Source: an uncultured delta proteobacterium
GTDB lineage: Bacteria > Desulfobacterota > Binatia > JACPRU01
Reading direction: 5' to 3'
DNA length: 64,000 bases
Assembly (NCBI GenBank): GCA_963745025.1
Contig: CAVUWD010000020.1
Coordinates: 32,001-96,000 of the forward strand
A program made the translations under genes and the position numbers. The notes under the pieces are model-generated. The model was not told where the DNA came from. It saw only the letters and a program-made list of their open reading frames with translations, and searched no databases. Below are positions 32,169 through 41,421 of the stretch, piece after piece (the first letter of the stretch is position 1; each line of letters opens with the position of its first letter).

Positions 32169-33380
32169 ATGAAGCCCCTCTCAGAACAACTGGCGATTCT
32201 GCGTCGCGGCACCGTAGAGGTGATTCCCGAAGAAGACCTCGTCCGTAAGCTCGGGCGCGCGGCGAAGACGGGGCAGCCGCTGCGGGTCAAGCTCGGCGCC
32301 GACCCTTCCGCACCCGACCTCCACCTCGGTCACACCGTGGTGCTGCAGAAGCTTCGCGACTTCCAGGACTGCGGCCACACCGCGATCTTTCTGATCGGCG
32401 ATTTCACCGGCATGATCGGCGATCCGACGGGGCGCTCGGAGACTCGCAAGGCGCTCGACCGCGAGCAAGTGGCGGCGAACGCCGAAACCTACAAGAAACA
32501 GGTCTTCAAGATCCTGGATCCCGAGCGGACCGAGATCCGGTTCAACTCCGAGTGGATGGATCGTATGGGCGCCGCCGACATCGTCAAGCTCGCCGCGCAA
32601 TACACGGTGGCACGTCTGCTCGAGCGCGACGACTTCGCCAGGCGTTTCCGAGAGAACCGTCCGATCAGCATCCACGAGTTCCTCTACCCGCTCGTCCAAG
32701 GCTACGACTCGGTGGCGCTCGCCGCCGACATCGAGCTCGGCGGTACCGACCAGAAGTTCAATCTGCTGGTCGGCCGGGAGTTGCAAAAGGGGGCGGGACA
32801 GGAGCCACAGGTCGTGCTCACCACGCCGCTTCTCGAGGGTACCGACGCGAGGCTCGTCGACGGCAGGCTCGTCGGTCAGAAGATGTCGAAGTCGCTCGGC
32901 AACGCGATCGGCATCCACGAGCCGCCCGCAGAGATGTACGGCAAGATCATGGCGATCTCCGACGGCCTGATGCTCCGCTACATCGAGCTGCTGTCGCGGA
33001 GTGGCCCGCGGCCCGAACCGCGGCAGCAGCCGATGGCGGCGAAGCAGGCGCTTGCGGCCGAGATCGTCGCGCGCTTCCACGGCGCCGAGGCCAGCACAAA
33101 GGCGGCGGAGGAATTCGCGCAGCGCTTCCAGCGGCACGAGCTTCCTTCCGAGATTCGCGAATTCCGATGGAGAGGGCACGAGGAAGCCGTATGGATCACC
33201 CGGCTGATCGCCGAAGCTGGGTTGGCCAAATCGAACAGCGAGGCACGTCGCCTCGTGGCCCAGGGTGGCGTGCGGCTTGACGGCGGGCCCGTGAAGGACC
33301 CGCAGCTCGAGGTCCCGTGCCGCGGTAGCGTTCTCCTCGAAGTCGGCAAACGGCGAATCGCGCGCGTGGTCTTTGAATAG
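32169..33380 (+). CDS. tyrS: Tyrosine-tRNA ligase
   Basis: HLGH and KMSKS motifs, 'GGTDQKFN', C-terminal S4 domain. Confidence 0.98.
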   Translation: MKPLSEQLAILRRGTVEVIPEEDLVRKLGRAAKTGQPLRVKLGADPSAPDLHLGHTVVLQKLRDFQDCGHTAIFLIGDFTGMIGDPTGRSETRKALDREQVAANAETYKKQVFKILDPERTEIRFNSEWMDRMGAADIVKLAAQYTVARLLERDDFARRFRENRPISIHEFLYPLVQGYDSVALAADIELGGTDQKFNLLVGRELQKGAGQEPQVVLTTPLLEGTDARLVDGRLVGQKMSKSLGNAIGIHEPPAEMYGKIMAISDGLMLRYIELLSRSGPRPEPRQQPMAAKQALAAEIVARFHGAEASTKAAEEFAQRFQRHELPSEIREFRWRGHEEAVWITRLIAEAGLAKSNSEARRLVAQGGVRLDGGPVKDPQLEVPCRGSVLLEVGKRRIARVVFE

Positions 33381-33386
33381 GTGGAT

Positions 33387-33456
33387 GGCTCTCGGCTACG
33401 GACTTCGGGCTAACGCAAGAAGAGGCCGCGAAGGCTTTGCCGGTAGCCGGTAGCCG
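33387..33456. repeat. Heptamer palindromic element, copy G (degenerate)
   Basis: ggctctcggctacggacttcgggctaacgcaag...ctttgccggtagccggtagccg between convergent stops. Confidence 0.75.
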
Positions 33457-33459
33457 CCG

Positions 33460-34218
33460 TCAGTCGTCGGGCTTGTCTGCGGCGAAGCGAAGCCGCACGT
33501 AATCCGCGGTCCAGTGTCCGTCGACATCGCAGAGGTCGGGCCGCAAGAGCTCTTTTACCTCGTCCAGGAAAGCGGGCTTCTCCGAGGCGGCGAGCGTGTT
33601 GATGAAGCTCTCCGCGAAGGTTTCGAGCCATCCGGTGACGTCGCCGGGAAGCGGCGTCGGACGAGGGATCAACGCGATGGAACGGACGACGAAGCCGCGC
33701 GCGCGTAAGCGTCCCGCATAGTCTTCCGTCGTCGGGAAGTACCACGGGTTCACGGAGCGTGCGTCGATGCCGCGGCCTGTGAGCGTCCGTTCGAGCGCGT
33801 GAACGATCGTCGCGACGCAGCCATGCCCGCCGCATTCGGCGACGAAGCGGCCGCCGGGCCGCAGCGCTCGCCAGACGCCGGCGATCACGTCGTCGGCGCG
33901 CTTGATCCAGTGAAGCACCGCGTTGCTGAATACCGCGTCGAACGCGGCATCGAAGGTGAGGTGCTCCCCGTCCATTACGCGCGCATCGAGCCCGCGCGCA
34001 CGCGCCGCGGCGACCTGCGCGGCGCTGCCGTCGACTCCGACGACGTCGCAGCCCATTTCGACGAGCTTCGCGGTGAGCGCGCCGTCGCCGCAGCCGAGAT
34101 CGAGGATGCGCTCTCCCGACCGTGGTGCGAGCAGCTCGACGACGGGTGCGCCGAGGTCGGAGACGAAGCGGGCGTTTCGTGCGTAACGCTCGGGATCCCA
34201 GGTTTGCGACGAATTCAT
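33460..34218 (-). CDS. Class I SAM-dependent methyltransferase (Tam-like)
   Basis: 'ILDLGCGDG' and 'FDAVFSNAVLHW'. Confidence 0.9.
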   Translation of the reverse strand: MNSSQTWDPERYARNARFVSDLGAPVVELLAPRSGERILDLGCGDGALTAKLVEMGCDVVGVDGSAAQVAAARARGLDARVMDGEHLTFDAAFDAVFSNAVLHWIKRADDVIAGVWRALRPGGRFVAECGGHGCVATIVHALERTLTGRGIDARSVNPWYFPTTEDYAGRLRARGFVVRSIALIPRPTPLPGDVTGWLETFAESFINTLAASEKPAFLDEVKELLRPDLCDVDGHWTADYVRLRFAADKPDD

Positions 34219-34329
34219 GGCGACGCCCCTGTTACCGGCGGCCGAGCGATGACCGCGAACACGCGGTCCGCCAATCCCGCCGGCAAGCCGGTGTATTCGG
34301 CGGTGTTGGTGAAGTCGACGGGCATCGGG

Positions 34330-34418
34330 GGCTACAGGCTACAGTCTACCGGCTACAGGCTACCGCAAAGTGCCGGCGAAGTCCTTGCCGGTAGCCGGTA
34401 ACCGGAAGCCGGTAGCCG
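34330..34418. repeat. Heptamer palindromic element, copy H
   Basis: ggctacaggctacagtctaccggctacaggctaccgcaaag...cttgccggtagccggtaaccggaagccggtagccg. Confidence 0.85.
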
Positions 34419-34422
34419 TTCT

Positions 34423-34908
34423 TCATGCGAGCCGCGCCAGCTCGGGGGCGAGCGCGTGGATCTTCTCGAGCGCGAGTGGATCGTCGGCGAGAAGGCGGAA
34501 ATCTTCATACTCGAATCCGGGGCCGACGGTACATCCGGCGAGAGCATATTCGCCGATCGGTCGCGCCGCCTGCCACCAGCCGGCGGGCACGGTTTGGACG
34601 GGGCGGTGGTCGTTGCCGACGGCCGCGAGGCGGGCGCGCTCGATCGTGTCGAGGTCGGGTGGAGCGACCAACAGCTCGAGAGGACCCCCTTCGTAAAGGT
34701 GCCAGACTTCGTCGGACGATACCGCGTGCCAGCGGCTCACCTGCCCCTCGGGAAGCAAGAAGAAGATCGTGGTGATCGCGGCACGCTCGCGGCGGTCGTC
34801 GGCGGGGTGGACGCGCGAGCGCGAACGGAACACCTCGCGAAAGAATCCGCCCTCCGGGTGGGGGACGAGATCCAGCGTGCGGATCAGCTCGGCGGCTCGC
34901 GCATGCAT
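34423..34908 (-). CDS. Cupin_5 (DUF985) family protein
   Basis: '[12 protein letters not shown]', '[10 protein letters not shown]' and '[13 protein letters not shown]'. Confidence 0.9.
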   Translation of the reverse strand: MHARAAELIRTLDLVPHPEGGFFREVFRSRSRVHPADDRRERAAITTIFFLLPEGQVSRWHAVSSDEVWHLYEGGPLELLVAPPDLDTIERARLAAVGNDHRPVQTVPAGWWQAARPIGEYALAGCTVGPGFEYEDFRLLADDPLALEKIHALAPELARLA

Positions 34909-35087
34909 TCCGGATCCGGGAGTACACGACACAGTCGCGGGGTACGTCGGAGATGTTGGGATGGAGGCTCCGGCGGCGAAGGACGTCCTCTCGTTGCATG
35001 CCGGCCTTCTCCGTCGCTCGGCGCGATGCGACGTTTTCGACGTCGCAGACGGCGTTCGGTGCGAAGCCACGAAGTCAACGATCCGCC

Positions 35088-35909
35088 TCAGTGAAGCTCG
35101 ATCCCGCCGTCGACGTTGATCGCTTGGCCCGTCACGTTCTCGGCGCTGGCGAGATAGACGGCCAGCTCGCCGATGTCGTCCGGCGTCTGTGCGCGCCCGA
35201 GAGGGATGAACTCCTTCACGTATCGCTCCCAAGACGCGTCCTTCGATTCGCCGGGTTGCTTCAGGGCGTCCGACAGGTACTCCCACATCTGGGTCCGTAG
35301 GATGCCCGGGCAGATCGCGTTGACGCGAACTCCACTGGCAGCGACCTCCTTGGCGAGTGAGTTGGTGAAGCCGACCACGGCGAACTTGGAGGCGCAATAG
35401 TGCGCCAGCCCGCCGAAGCCATTCTTGCCGGCGACCGAAGCGATGTTGATGATGGAAGCGCCGGGGCGCTTCCTCAGCTCGGGGAGCGCCGCCTGGCAGG
35501 ACAAAAAGACCCCCTTGACGTTGACGGCGAGCGTCAGGTCCCAGGTCTCCTCGGGCATCTCCTCTACCGGCGAGACACTCACCACCCCGGCATTGCAAAC
35601 CAGGATGTCCAGCCCGTCGAGTCGCTGCACGGTCTCCTGAACCATCCGCACGACATCTTGCTTGCGGGTGACGTCGGCGTGAATCGCCGTAGACTTTCGC
35701 CCGAGACCGGCGATCTCCGCGGCCGTGCCCTGCGAGGCCGTGAAGCCGCCGACGGACTCGCTCGCGTATTGCTGGCTCGTCGTCGGCAACCGCTCGACGT
35801 CGGCGACCGCCACATCGGCGCCCGCCCGCGCGAGCGCCAGCGCGATCCCTCGCCCGATGCCGCGAGCGCCTCCGGTGACGAGAGCGACTTTTCCTTCGAG
35901 ACTCCGCAT
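35088..35909 (-). CDS. SDR family oxidoreductase (acetoin reductase-like)
   Basis: 'TGGARGIG', 'CNAGV' and 'YCASK'; AAGGAGG RBS. Confidence 0.92.
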   Translation of the reverse strand: MRSLEGKVALVTGGARGIGRGIALALARAGADVAVADVERLPTTSQQYASESVGGFTASQGTAAEIAGLGRKSTAIHADVTRKQDVVRMVQETVQRLDGLDILVCNAGVVSVSPVEEMPEETWDLTLAVNVKGVFLSCQAALPELRKRPGASIINIASVAGKNGFGGLAHYCASKFAVVGFTNSLAKEVAASGVRVNAICPGILRTQMWEYLSDALKQPGESKDASWERYVKEFIPLGRAQTPDDIGELAVYLASAENVTGQAINVDGGIELH

Positions 35910-36026
35910 GCTGCCTCCTTTTGCTTTCGTTTCTCGACCGGTCACGCTTGGCGTCGAACGATCGCGTGACGATCAAGATCCCTGTCGACGCGAAGGGCGC
36001 CTGACGTCTGGTTCGTGGAAGGGGGC

Positions 36027-36569
36027 CTAGTGTCGCACCGCGCCGACGATGATGAAGGCCATGACGCATTCGCGATCGCCAAGATTCCGCCACGCGTGAC
36101 GCGTGCCGTTCTGAATCACGCAGTCGCCGACTTTCAGGTGCGCTTTCGCGCCATCGTCGAGCTCGAGCCAGATCTCCCCGGACAGCACCACCCCGTAGTC
36201 GACCGTGCGCGTGGTATGCATGCCTGGCGCCCCGTTCTCCATGCTGTCGGCCATGCGGGGAAACTGCGCGTAGAACTCATGCTCGCCCGCTTCGAGGTCG
36301 ACGCCGGATTCCGCGGCCCGCGTCAGGTCGCTCGCGGCTGGAAACGTCACGACACAGAATTCGGTACCACCGGGATCCGGAAAGAACGGATGCGGAGCTA
36401 CAGTGGGATCCTCGTGGCTCGCCGGAAGCTCAGGGATGCCGGCGACCGTCCAGACCTCGTCGATGCGAAATCGTGGCACGCCCCTCATCGCCACGCTGCG
36501 CGAGACGGGGCCCTCGCTCACGAAGATGGATTTTCCCGCTCGATCATGGCCCGTCACTACTCGTCGCAT
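36027..36569 (-). CDS. Cupin domain protein
   Basis: 'RRVVTGHD', 'MHTTRTVDY' and 'QNGTRHAWRN'. Confidence 0.88.
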   Translation of the reverse strand: MRRVVTGHDRAGKSIFVSEGPVSRSVAMRGVPRFRIDEVWTVAGIPELPASHEDPTVAPHPFFPDPGGTEFCVVTFPAASDLTRAAESGVDLEAGEHEFYAQFPRMADSMENGAPGMHTTRTVDYGVVLSGEIWLELDDGAKAHLKVGDCVIQNGTRHAWRNLGDRECVMAFIIVGAVRH

Positions 36570-36614
36570 TGCAACCTCCTCGAGCAAAAGAGAATCACGG
36601 CGAAATGCGGAGGG

Positions 36615-36986
36615 TCAACCCCGAGCCCGCCGGCGCCGCATGACGATCCAGCCGTAGACGATTGCGTTGACCCCGAGCGCCAGCGTACCGAGAGCGATCT
36701 GCGTGTCTCGCGTCAGGCCCTCGGGGTAGAGCAACGCCGTCAGGTAATGATCCACGAAGTCTCCCGTATAGCCCGGCTCGCCACCCCGGCGGCGCAAGAA
36801 GATCTCGAGCGGAGTGAGCGGACAGACGAGCCCCGCGTACTCCACGAGTACGCCCCAGAGCGCTGCCGACGCGTGAATCCACACCCACCTCGGCCAGCGC
36901 AGCACAACGAGACCGCCGAACACGACGAACGCGACGAACGCCGCGTGTGCGAGCAAGACGAGATCGGCGAGCAAGCGGTACGACAC
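36615..36986 (-). CDS. DUF2784 membrane protein
   Basis: 'LADLVLLAH', 'CPLTPLE' and 'HYLTALLYP'. Confidence 0.85.
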   Translation of the reverse strand: MSYRLLADLVLLAHAAFVAFVVFGGLVVLRWPRWVWIHASAALWGVLVEYAGLVCPLTPLEIFLRRRGGEPGYTGDFVDHYLTALLYPEGLTRDTQIALGTLALGVNAIVYGWIVMRRRRARG

Positions 36987-36992
36987 CAGGCG

Positions 36993-37379
36993 CTACGGTT
37001 TCCCGAAGAAGGAGGTGATGTCGAAGCAGATCGTCCTCGACGAGCCCTCGGCAGTGAGAATGTGGATCGTCTCGAGCTGTCGGCCAGCCTCCTGCGACAA
37101 ATCCTGCGAAGCGATGCGGGAGCCAGCGTGCTTCGTGAAGACCCACCACCGCTCCGCTCGAACTCCCTCCGTCTCGTGGCGCGCACCGATGATGACGATC
37201 GCCCGACGGCAGCTCGATCCATCGCCTCCCGCAAATTGAACGTGCCCCTCGGGCGTCGGCAGCAAGATCGGAGCAGGCAGGGGATCGGCCAGTCCCGAGC
37301 TCGCCAGCAGCGTGGCGATGAGAACGGATCGGGTCGGAGCTCGTCTCCGGCGGCCGGCCGTGCTCGCGGGCGCGTTCAT
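36993..37379 (-). CDS. Hypothetical secreted protein
   Basis: 128-aa ORF with 'GGDGSS..AIVI' and a 'FDITSFFGK' C-terminus. Confidence 0.6.
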   Translation of the reverse strand: MNAPASTAGRRRRAPTRSVLIATLLASSGLADPLPAPILLPTPEGHVQFAGGDGSSCRRAIVIIGARHETEGVRAERWWVFTKHAGSRIASQDLSQEAGRQLETIHILTAEGSSRTICFDITSFFGKP

Positions 37380-37667
37380 TTCGGGAACTCACGAATCGTA
37401 GCGAAACAGGGCTCCGCGTCGTCCTCGTACACGGGGTGCCCGCATCCGGCGAAGCGTTCGAAGCGAGTCATCCCCGCAGGCGATGCCCGAGCGAGATCGT
37501 GGCCGTCCTCTACCACGACCGGATCGCTGACGTGCAAGCAATCGACCCAAACCGCCTGAAAGAGCGCGTCGATGGGCTTTAGGCGCTCGGCGAGCCCCGG
37601 CAGCTGCGTCCACGCCCAGGTAGGCATTCGGCGAAATGTAATCGAAGTAGAAGCGCACGGTCGGCAC
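37376..37667 (-). pseudogene. Chimeric remnants: DsbA/HCCA-isomerase fragment joined to an alpha/beta-hydrolase C-terminus
   Basis: 'VRFYFDYISPNAYL' and 'AWTQLPGLAER' in different frames, then 'FERFAGCGHPVYEDD...TIREF'. Confidence 0.55.
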
Positions 37668-37687
37668 GGCAGAGCGCTTTTCGATCG

Positions 37688-39061
37688 TCAGCCGTTGCCC
37701 AGTTGCTGCTGCACGATGTCGAGGTAGGTGGTTCCGAAGCCCTCGTACTCGTAGCCCTGCGTGTACAGCTGCCGGCCGCTCGCATCGTCGCGTGTCGCTG
37801 GTGCAGGGGCAACCGGCTCGATCGCCGTGTCCTCGTTCCACTCGTTCCACGAGGTGATGAGGATCATGCCAAGCGTTCCGTCTGCCAGCGGCTTGCCGAT
37901 TCGCTCGATCGATTCGGTGAAGAAGGATCCTTCCGGGGCATCGGCCGACCAGCGGCGCGGGATCGCGAAGTGGTCCGCGGCGAGCCGCGTGCCACGGTCG
38001 TTGTAGCCCGGGATCAAGCCGGGAACGATCGGCACGCCGCCAGCGCTGCGGTACCGTTGATACAGCGCCACGCTATCGGGGACGAACGCGCTCGCGGAGC
38101 CGTAGCCTCGATCCTGCGGCCGTTCGCTCGCGTAGAGGTTGTACGCGGTGATCGCATCGAAGAGGCGGATTCGCGAGACCTGGGGATCGCCCGTGCCCCG
38201 GCCCGGGGCGCTCGGATCTTCGTTTGCTTCGATCACCGTCCAGAAGATCTCGTCGCCGATCACGAAGGGGTCGTAGCCCTCGGCGGAGAGCGATTGCCGC
38301 ATCTCGCTCATCGCCTGCGGGAAGAGCCCGTGAATTTCCCGGCTGAGGTAGACGATGACCACCGGCCGTCCATCGATCCGGAGGTAGCTCGGGTGGCCGA
38401 AGTAGCGCCGGGCGATCGTGACCATGTCCGACACGAAGCGGCTCTTCGTCGCCGCGTCGAAGAGGATACCCTGCCCGGATTGGCGGTCGCCGAGCCCAAA
38501 AGAGTTGTAGAAGATGCAGAAGCGAATCTGATTGATGTTCGAGGCGCGAAGGAAGCCAGCGTCGATCGCATCGTTCTGCGACGGCCGGTTCGGCCACCAG
38601 TCGAGCGAGAAGAAGTCGATGCCGTGCGACGCGGCGAGCGAGATTTGCTCCGCGGCGATCGCCGCGCTCCGCGAGCTGTATTCCCCGAGCGCGGGTGCTT
38701 CGGGTGGTTCGAGCACGGCGCGAAGATAGCCCTGCTCGAAATTGGAGGGGTACCAGACGTAGTAGTGAGCACCGACCAGGTAGGGACCACTGCCGCCTCC
38801 GCCACCGCCTCCGCACGACAAGAGCATGGCTACGGCGCAGACGAGAACGGCGCCCGGCAACCTCAGTTTGCCGGGCGTCGAAAAGAAACCTTTGTGCCGT
38901 CGATTGCCTCGCCGCCACGACGTTCCGCAGAAGCGGTAAACGCCGGCGAACGCGGTCGACGCAATCACGATTCTCAACAACGTCGTGCGTCTCGGGAAAT
39001 GCTCGACGAGGGGCCACGCCGGGAGCTCGGTGAGCCACCGTACCTCGAGCTCTCGAAGCAT
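37688..39061 (-). CDS. GH99/GH71-like glycoside hydrolase lipoprotein (true start probably ~38830-38880)
   Basis: Lipobox LLSC plus Gly linker, 'GAHYYVWY', 'GIDFFSLDWW', 'PGYNDR' and 'ITSWNEWNEDTAIEP'. Confidence 0.75.
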   Translation of the reverse strand: MLRELEVRWLTELPAWPLVEHFPRRTTLLRIVIASTAFAGVYRFCGTSWRRGNRRHKGFFSTPGKLRLPGAVLVCAVAMLLSCGGGGGGGSGPYLVGAHYYVWYPSNFEQGYLRAVLEPPEAPALGEYSSRSAAIAAEQISLAASHGIDFFSLDWWPNRPSQNDAIDAGFLRASNINQIRFCIFYNSFGLGDRQSGQGILFDAATKSRFVSDMVTIARRYFGHPSYLRIDGRPVVIVYLSREIHGLFPQAMSEMRQSLSAEGYDPFVIGDEIFWTVIEANEDPSAPGRGTGDPQVSRIRLFDAITAYNLYASERPQDRGYGSASAFVPDSVALYQRYRSAGGVPIVPGLIPGYNDRGTRLAADHFAIPRRWSADAPEGSFFTESIERIGKPLADGTLGMILITSWNEWNEDTAIEPVAPAPATRDDASGRQLYTQGYEYEGFGTTYLDIVQQQLGNG

Positions 39062-39068
39062 CTGAAGA

Positions 39069-39821
39069 TCAAGAAGGCGGACAGAGCAACTCCTCCGCGC
39101 GCTTCAGATCTTCCGGCGTGCCGACATCGCTCCAGAATCCCTGAAGGGGAAAGGCGTAGATCGCCAACCCGTCGGCGAGCATCGCGCTGATCGCATCGGG
39201 GATCTCGTATTCCCCCCGCGGCGAGGGCTTCACCGCGGCAGCGTAGTCGAAGACCGCGGGGCGAAAGACTGCGATCCCCGCGTTGTTCCAATGCGTCTGC
39301 GCGGTGCCGGGAGGAGGCTTCTCGAGGATCCGCTCGATGCGGTTGTCGGCATCCACGTATACCGCAGCGCCGCGACAGGGATCCGCGACCCAGTTGACGC
39401 CCAGTAAGCCGTCCGGCTGCCTCTCGCGGAACGTGGCGAGCAAAGCGGGGTAGTTTCCCGGCTCGGCAAGAATGTCCCCCCAGGCGAGCAGGAACGGGCG
39501 GTCGCCGATCGAGTCGCGGCCGAGCAGCAGCGCCCGGGCGGTACCGTCCTGCACCTCCTGCCGTCGGTAGACGAGCTCGACTCCGAGCCGAGCCCCATCG
39601 CCGAAGTGGTTCTCGATTCGGTCGGCGTGATACCCCGTGACGACGACGAATCGCTCGATGCCCGCGTTTCGCAGCGTGAGCAATATGTGCTCGAGAAGCG
39701 GGCGCCCGGCGATCGGAAGCATCGCCTTCGGCAGATCTTCCGTCAGTCCCTTCATCCGGGTGCCGCGCCCTGCGGCGAGGATCACCGCATCGCGAAGCGA
39801 GGCCGAATCGCGTCCGGTCAT
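39069..39821 (-). CDS. Sugar-phosphate nucleotidyltransferase (NTP_transferase, no LbH domain)
   Basis: 'AVILAAGRGTRM...PKAML', 'SPRGEYEI' and 'WSDVGTPED'. Confidence 0.9.
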   Translation of the reverse strand: MTGRDSASLRDAVILAAGRGTRMKGLTEDLPKAMLPIAGRPLLEHILLTLRNAGIERFVVVTGYHADRIENHFGDGARLGVELVYRRQEVQDGTARALLLGRDSIGDRPFLLAWGDILAEPGNYPALLATFRERQPDGLLGVNWVADPCRGAAVYVDADNRIERILEKPPPGTAQTHWNNAGIAVFRPAVFDYAAAVKPSPRGEYEIPDAISAMLADGLAIYAFPLQGFWSDVGTPEDLKRAEELLCPPS

Positions 39822-39878
39822 GGCCGGCGATCCTGCTCGACGACTCTCTGCTGTTCAAGAGGCGAAATCGCCCTTGTC

Positions 39879-40442
39879 ATGAAAATCGACTGGGACTATT
39901 CTGGCCCGGTACACATGAACGAGGGGAATACCGGCAAAATCTACTTCCTCAGTGGCCGGGGACGTCGGTCGACGACTCGTATACTGCGCAGGAAGAGTGA
40001 GCCTAGCGGGGGCTCGTCCGGCGACCGCCGCAAGCCGTCGCCTCAGGAGACTACGTGGCTCGCACGGGCGTTGTTCATCGAGGGGATGTACTTCGCCCTT
40101 CTCTGGCTCGCGGAGGGCACCGATCTCTTCTCGTTTCAACCCGATTCCGGGCTTCGCCAGTGGCTCTACTCGTTTTTTCCTGCGGAGATCTTCGTCGCCG
40201 TGATCGCCGTCGTCGGCGCCTACGAGCTACAGCAACACGCCGGCAAGCGCGATGCGTTTGCATTGGTGGCTGCCGGAGGCCTGGTGTTCCTCGCGCTCGA
40301 ACGGCTGACCCTGCTCGTCTCCGGAGGATTTCGGCACGATCTGAGCCCCGGTGAGCGCCTCGAAATGACGGCCATGGGCATCTGCATGGGGGTGGGAATC
40401 TGGACGATCTCTCACTCTCTCCGCTTCCGAGCGGAAGAATGA
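39879..40442 (+). CDS. Hypothetical membrane protein
   Basis: About 4 hydrophobic segments in ORF 39606..40442; start uncertain. Confidence 0.6.
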   Translation: MKIDWDYSGPVHMNEGNTGKIYFLSGRGRRSTTRILRRKSEPSGGSSGDRRKPSPQETTWLARALFIEGMYFALLWLAEGTDLFSFQPDSGLRQWLYSFFPAEIFVAVIAVVGAYELQQHAGKRDAFALVAAGGLVFLALERLTLLVSGGFRHDLSPGERLEMTAMGICMGVGIWTISHSLRFRAEE

Positions 40443-40458
40443 CGCTCCGCCGCTCGGC

Positions 40459-41421
40459 ATGCCGGCCGCTGCCCGCCTGAGAGACCGGTTGTTCGCCAGG
40501 CGTTCCGCCGGCGAGGAAGAGCCGTTCGATCCGCGCCTGTTTTCGCAGCTCGATCGCATTCGGTTTCGTTTCGGCCGGGTGCGCGGTGCACGCGGTGGAG
40601 AGACGCCGGTTCGAGGGCTGACCCAGGAATCCGGGATCGAGGTCGAAAGCTTCAAGAGCTACTCCGCTGGCGACGACATTCGTTACGTGGATTGGAACGC
40701 CGTCGGCAGACTCGACCAGCTCCTCACGCGTCGGTTCGTCGCCGAGCGCGAGATTCCAGTGCACGTGCTGCTGGACGCCAGCGCGTCGATGGCCGTGCCG
40801 GCGGAGGATCGCAAGTTCGGTTTCAGCGTCCAGCTGGCTGGCGCGCTCGCATACATCGCGCTCAACGGCAACGATCCCGTGCGCATCGCCGCGCTGCGCG
40901 AGGGGCCTCGAGGAGCGGAGGTGGAGGAATCGCCGCTGCTTCGCCATCGCGGCCGCTATCTGCGTCTGAAGCCCTTCCTGTCCGCTCTGGTGCCGTCGCG
41001 AAGTACGGCACTGCTGGACGGTGTCTCCCGATACCTCGGAAATCACCGAGAGTGCGGCATGGCGGTCGTCATCTCCGACTTTCTCGTCTCCCCTGACCTC
41101 TACGAGCGGGCGCTCGAGCGTCTGCAGGCGAGGCGATTCCAGGTGCAGGCCATCCAGGTCGTCGGACGCGAGGAACGCACACTCGAGGCGGTCGGCGGCC
41201 GCTTGCGCTTGAGAGACTCGGAGACCGGCGGCATCCGTGAAGTCGTGCTCTCGGCCGCGGACCGGCGCCGCTACGCCGCCGCGTTCGTCGCGCGGGTCGA
41301 GGCGATTTGCGCCTTTTGCCACCGGAACTCGATCGGGTACACGACCGTTTCGGCCGACTTGGGCATCGAGCACTGTCTGACACGCGTTCTTCCGGCTAGC
41401 GGAATGCTGCGTTTGCGATGA
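40459..41421 (+). CDS. DUF58 protein
   Basis: 'YSAGDDIRYVDWN', 'LLDASASM' and 'VISDFL'. Confidence 0.9.
   Translation: MPAAARLRDRLFARRSAGEEEPFDPRLFSQLDRIRFRFGRVRGARGGETPVRGLTQESGIEVESFKSYSAGDDIRYVDWNAVGRLDQLLTRRFVAEREIPVHVLLDASASMAVPAEDRKFGFSVQLAGALAYIALNGNDPVRIAALREGPRGAEVEESPLLRHRGRYLRLKPFLSALVPSRSTALLDGVSRYLGNHRECGMAVVISDFLVSPDLYERALERLQARRFQVQAIQVVGREERTLEAVGGRLRLRDSETGGIREVVLSAADRRRYAAAFVARVEAICAFCHRNSIGYTTVSADLGIEHCLTRVLPASGMLRLR

Noticed and set aside
19265-34418. Heptamer repeats as a CRISPR array
   Set aside because: Copies are dispersed singly in gene junctions, arms are inverted and variable in length, cores are similar to one another, and no cas genes are present.
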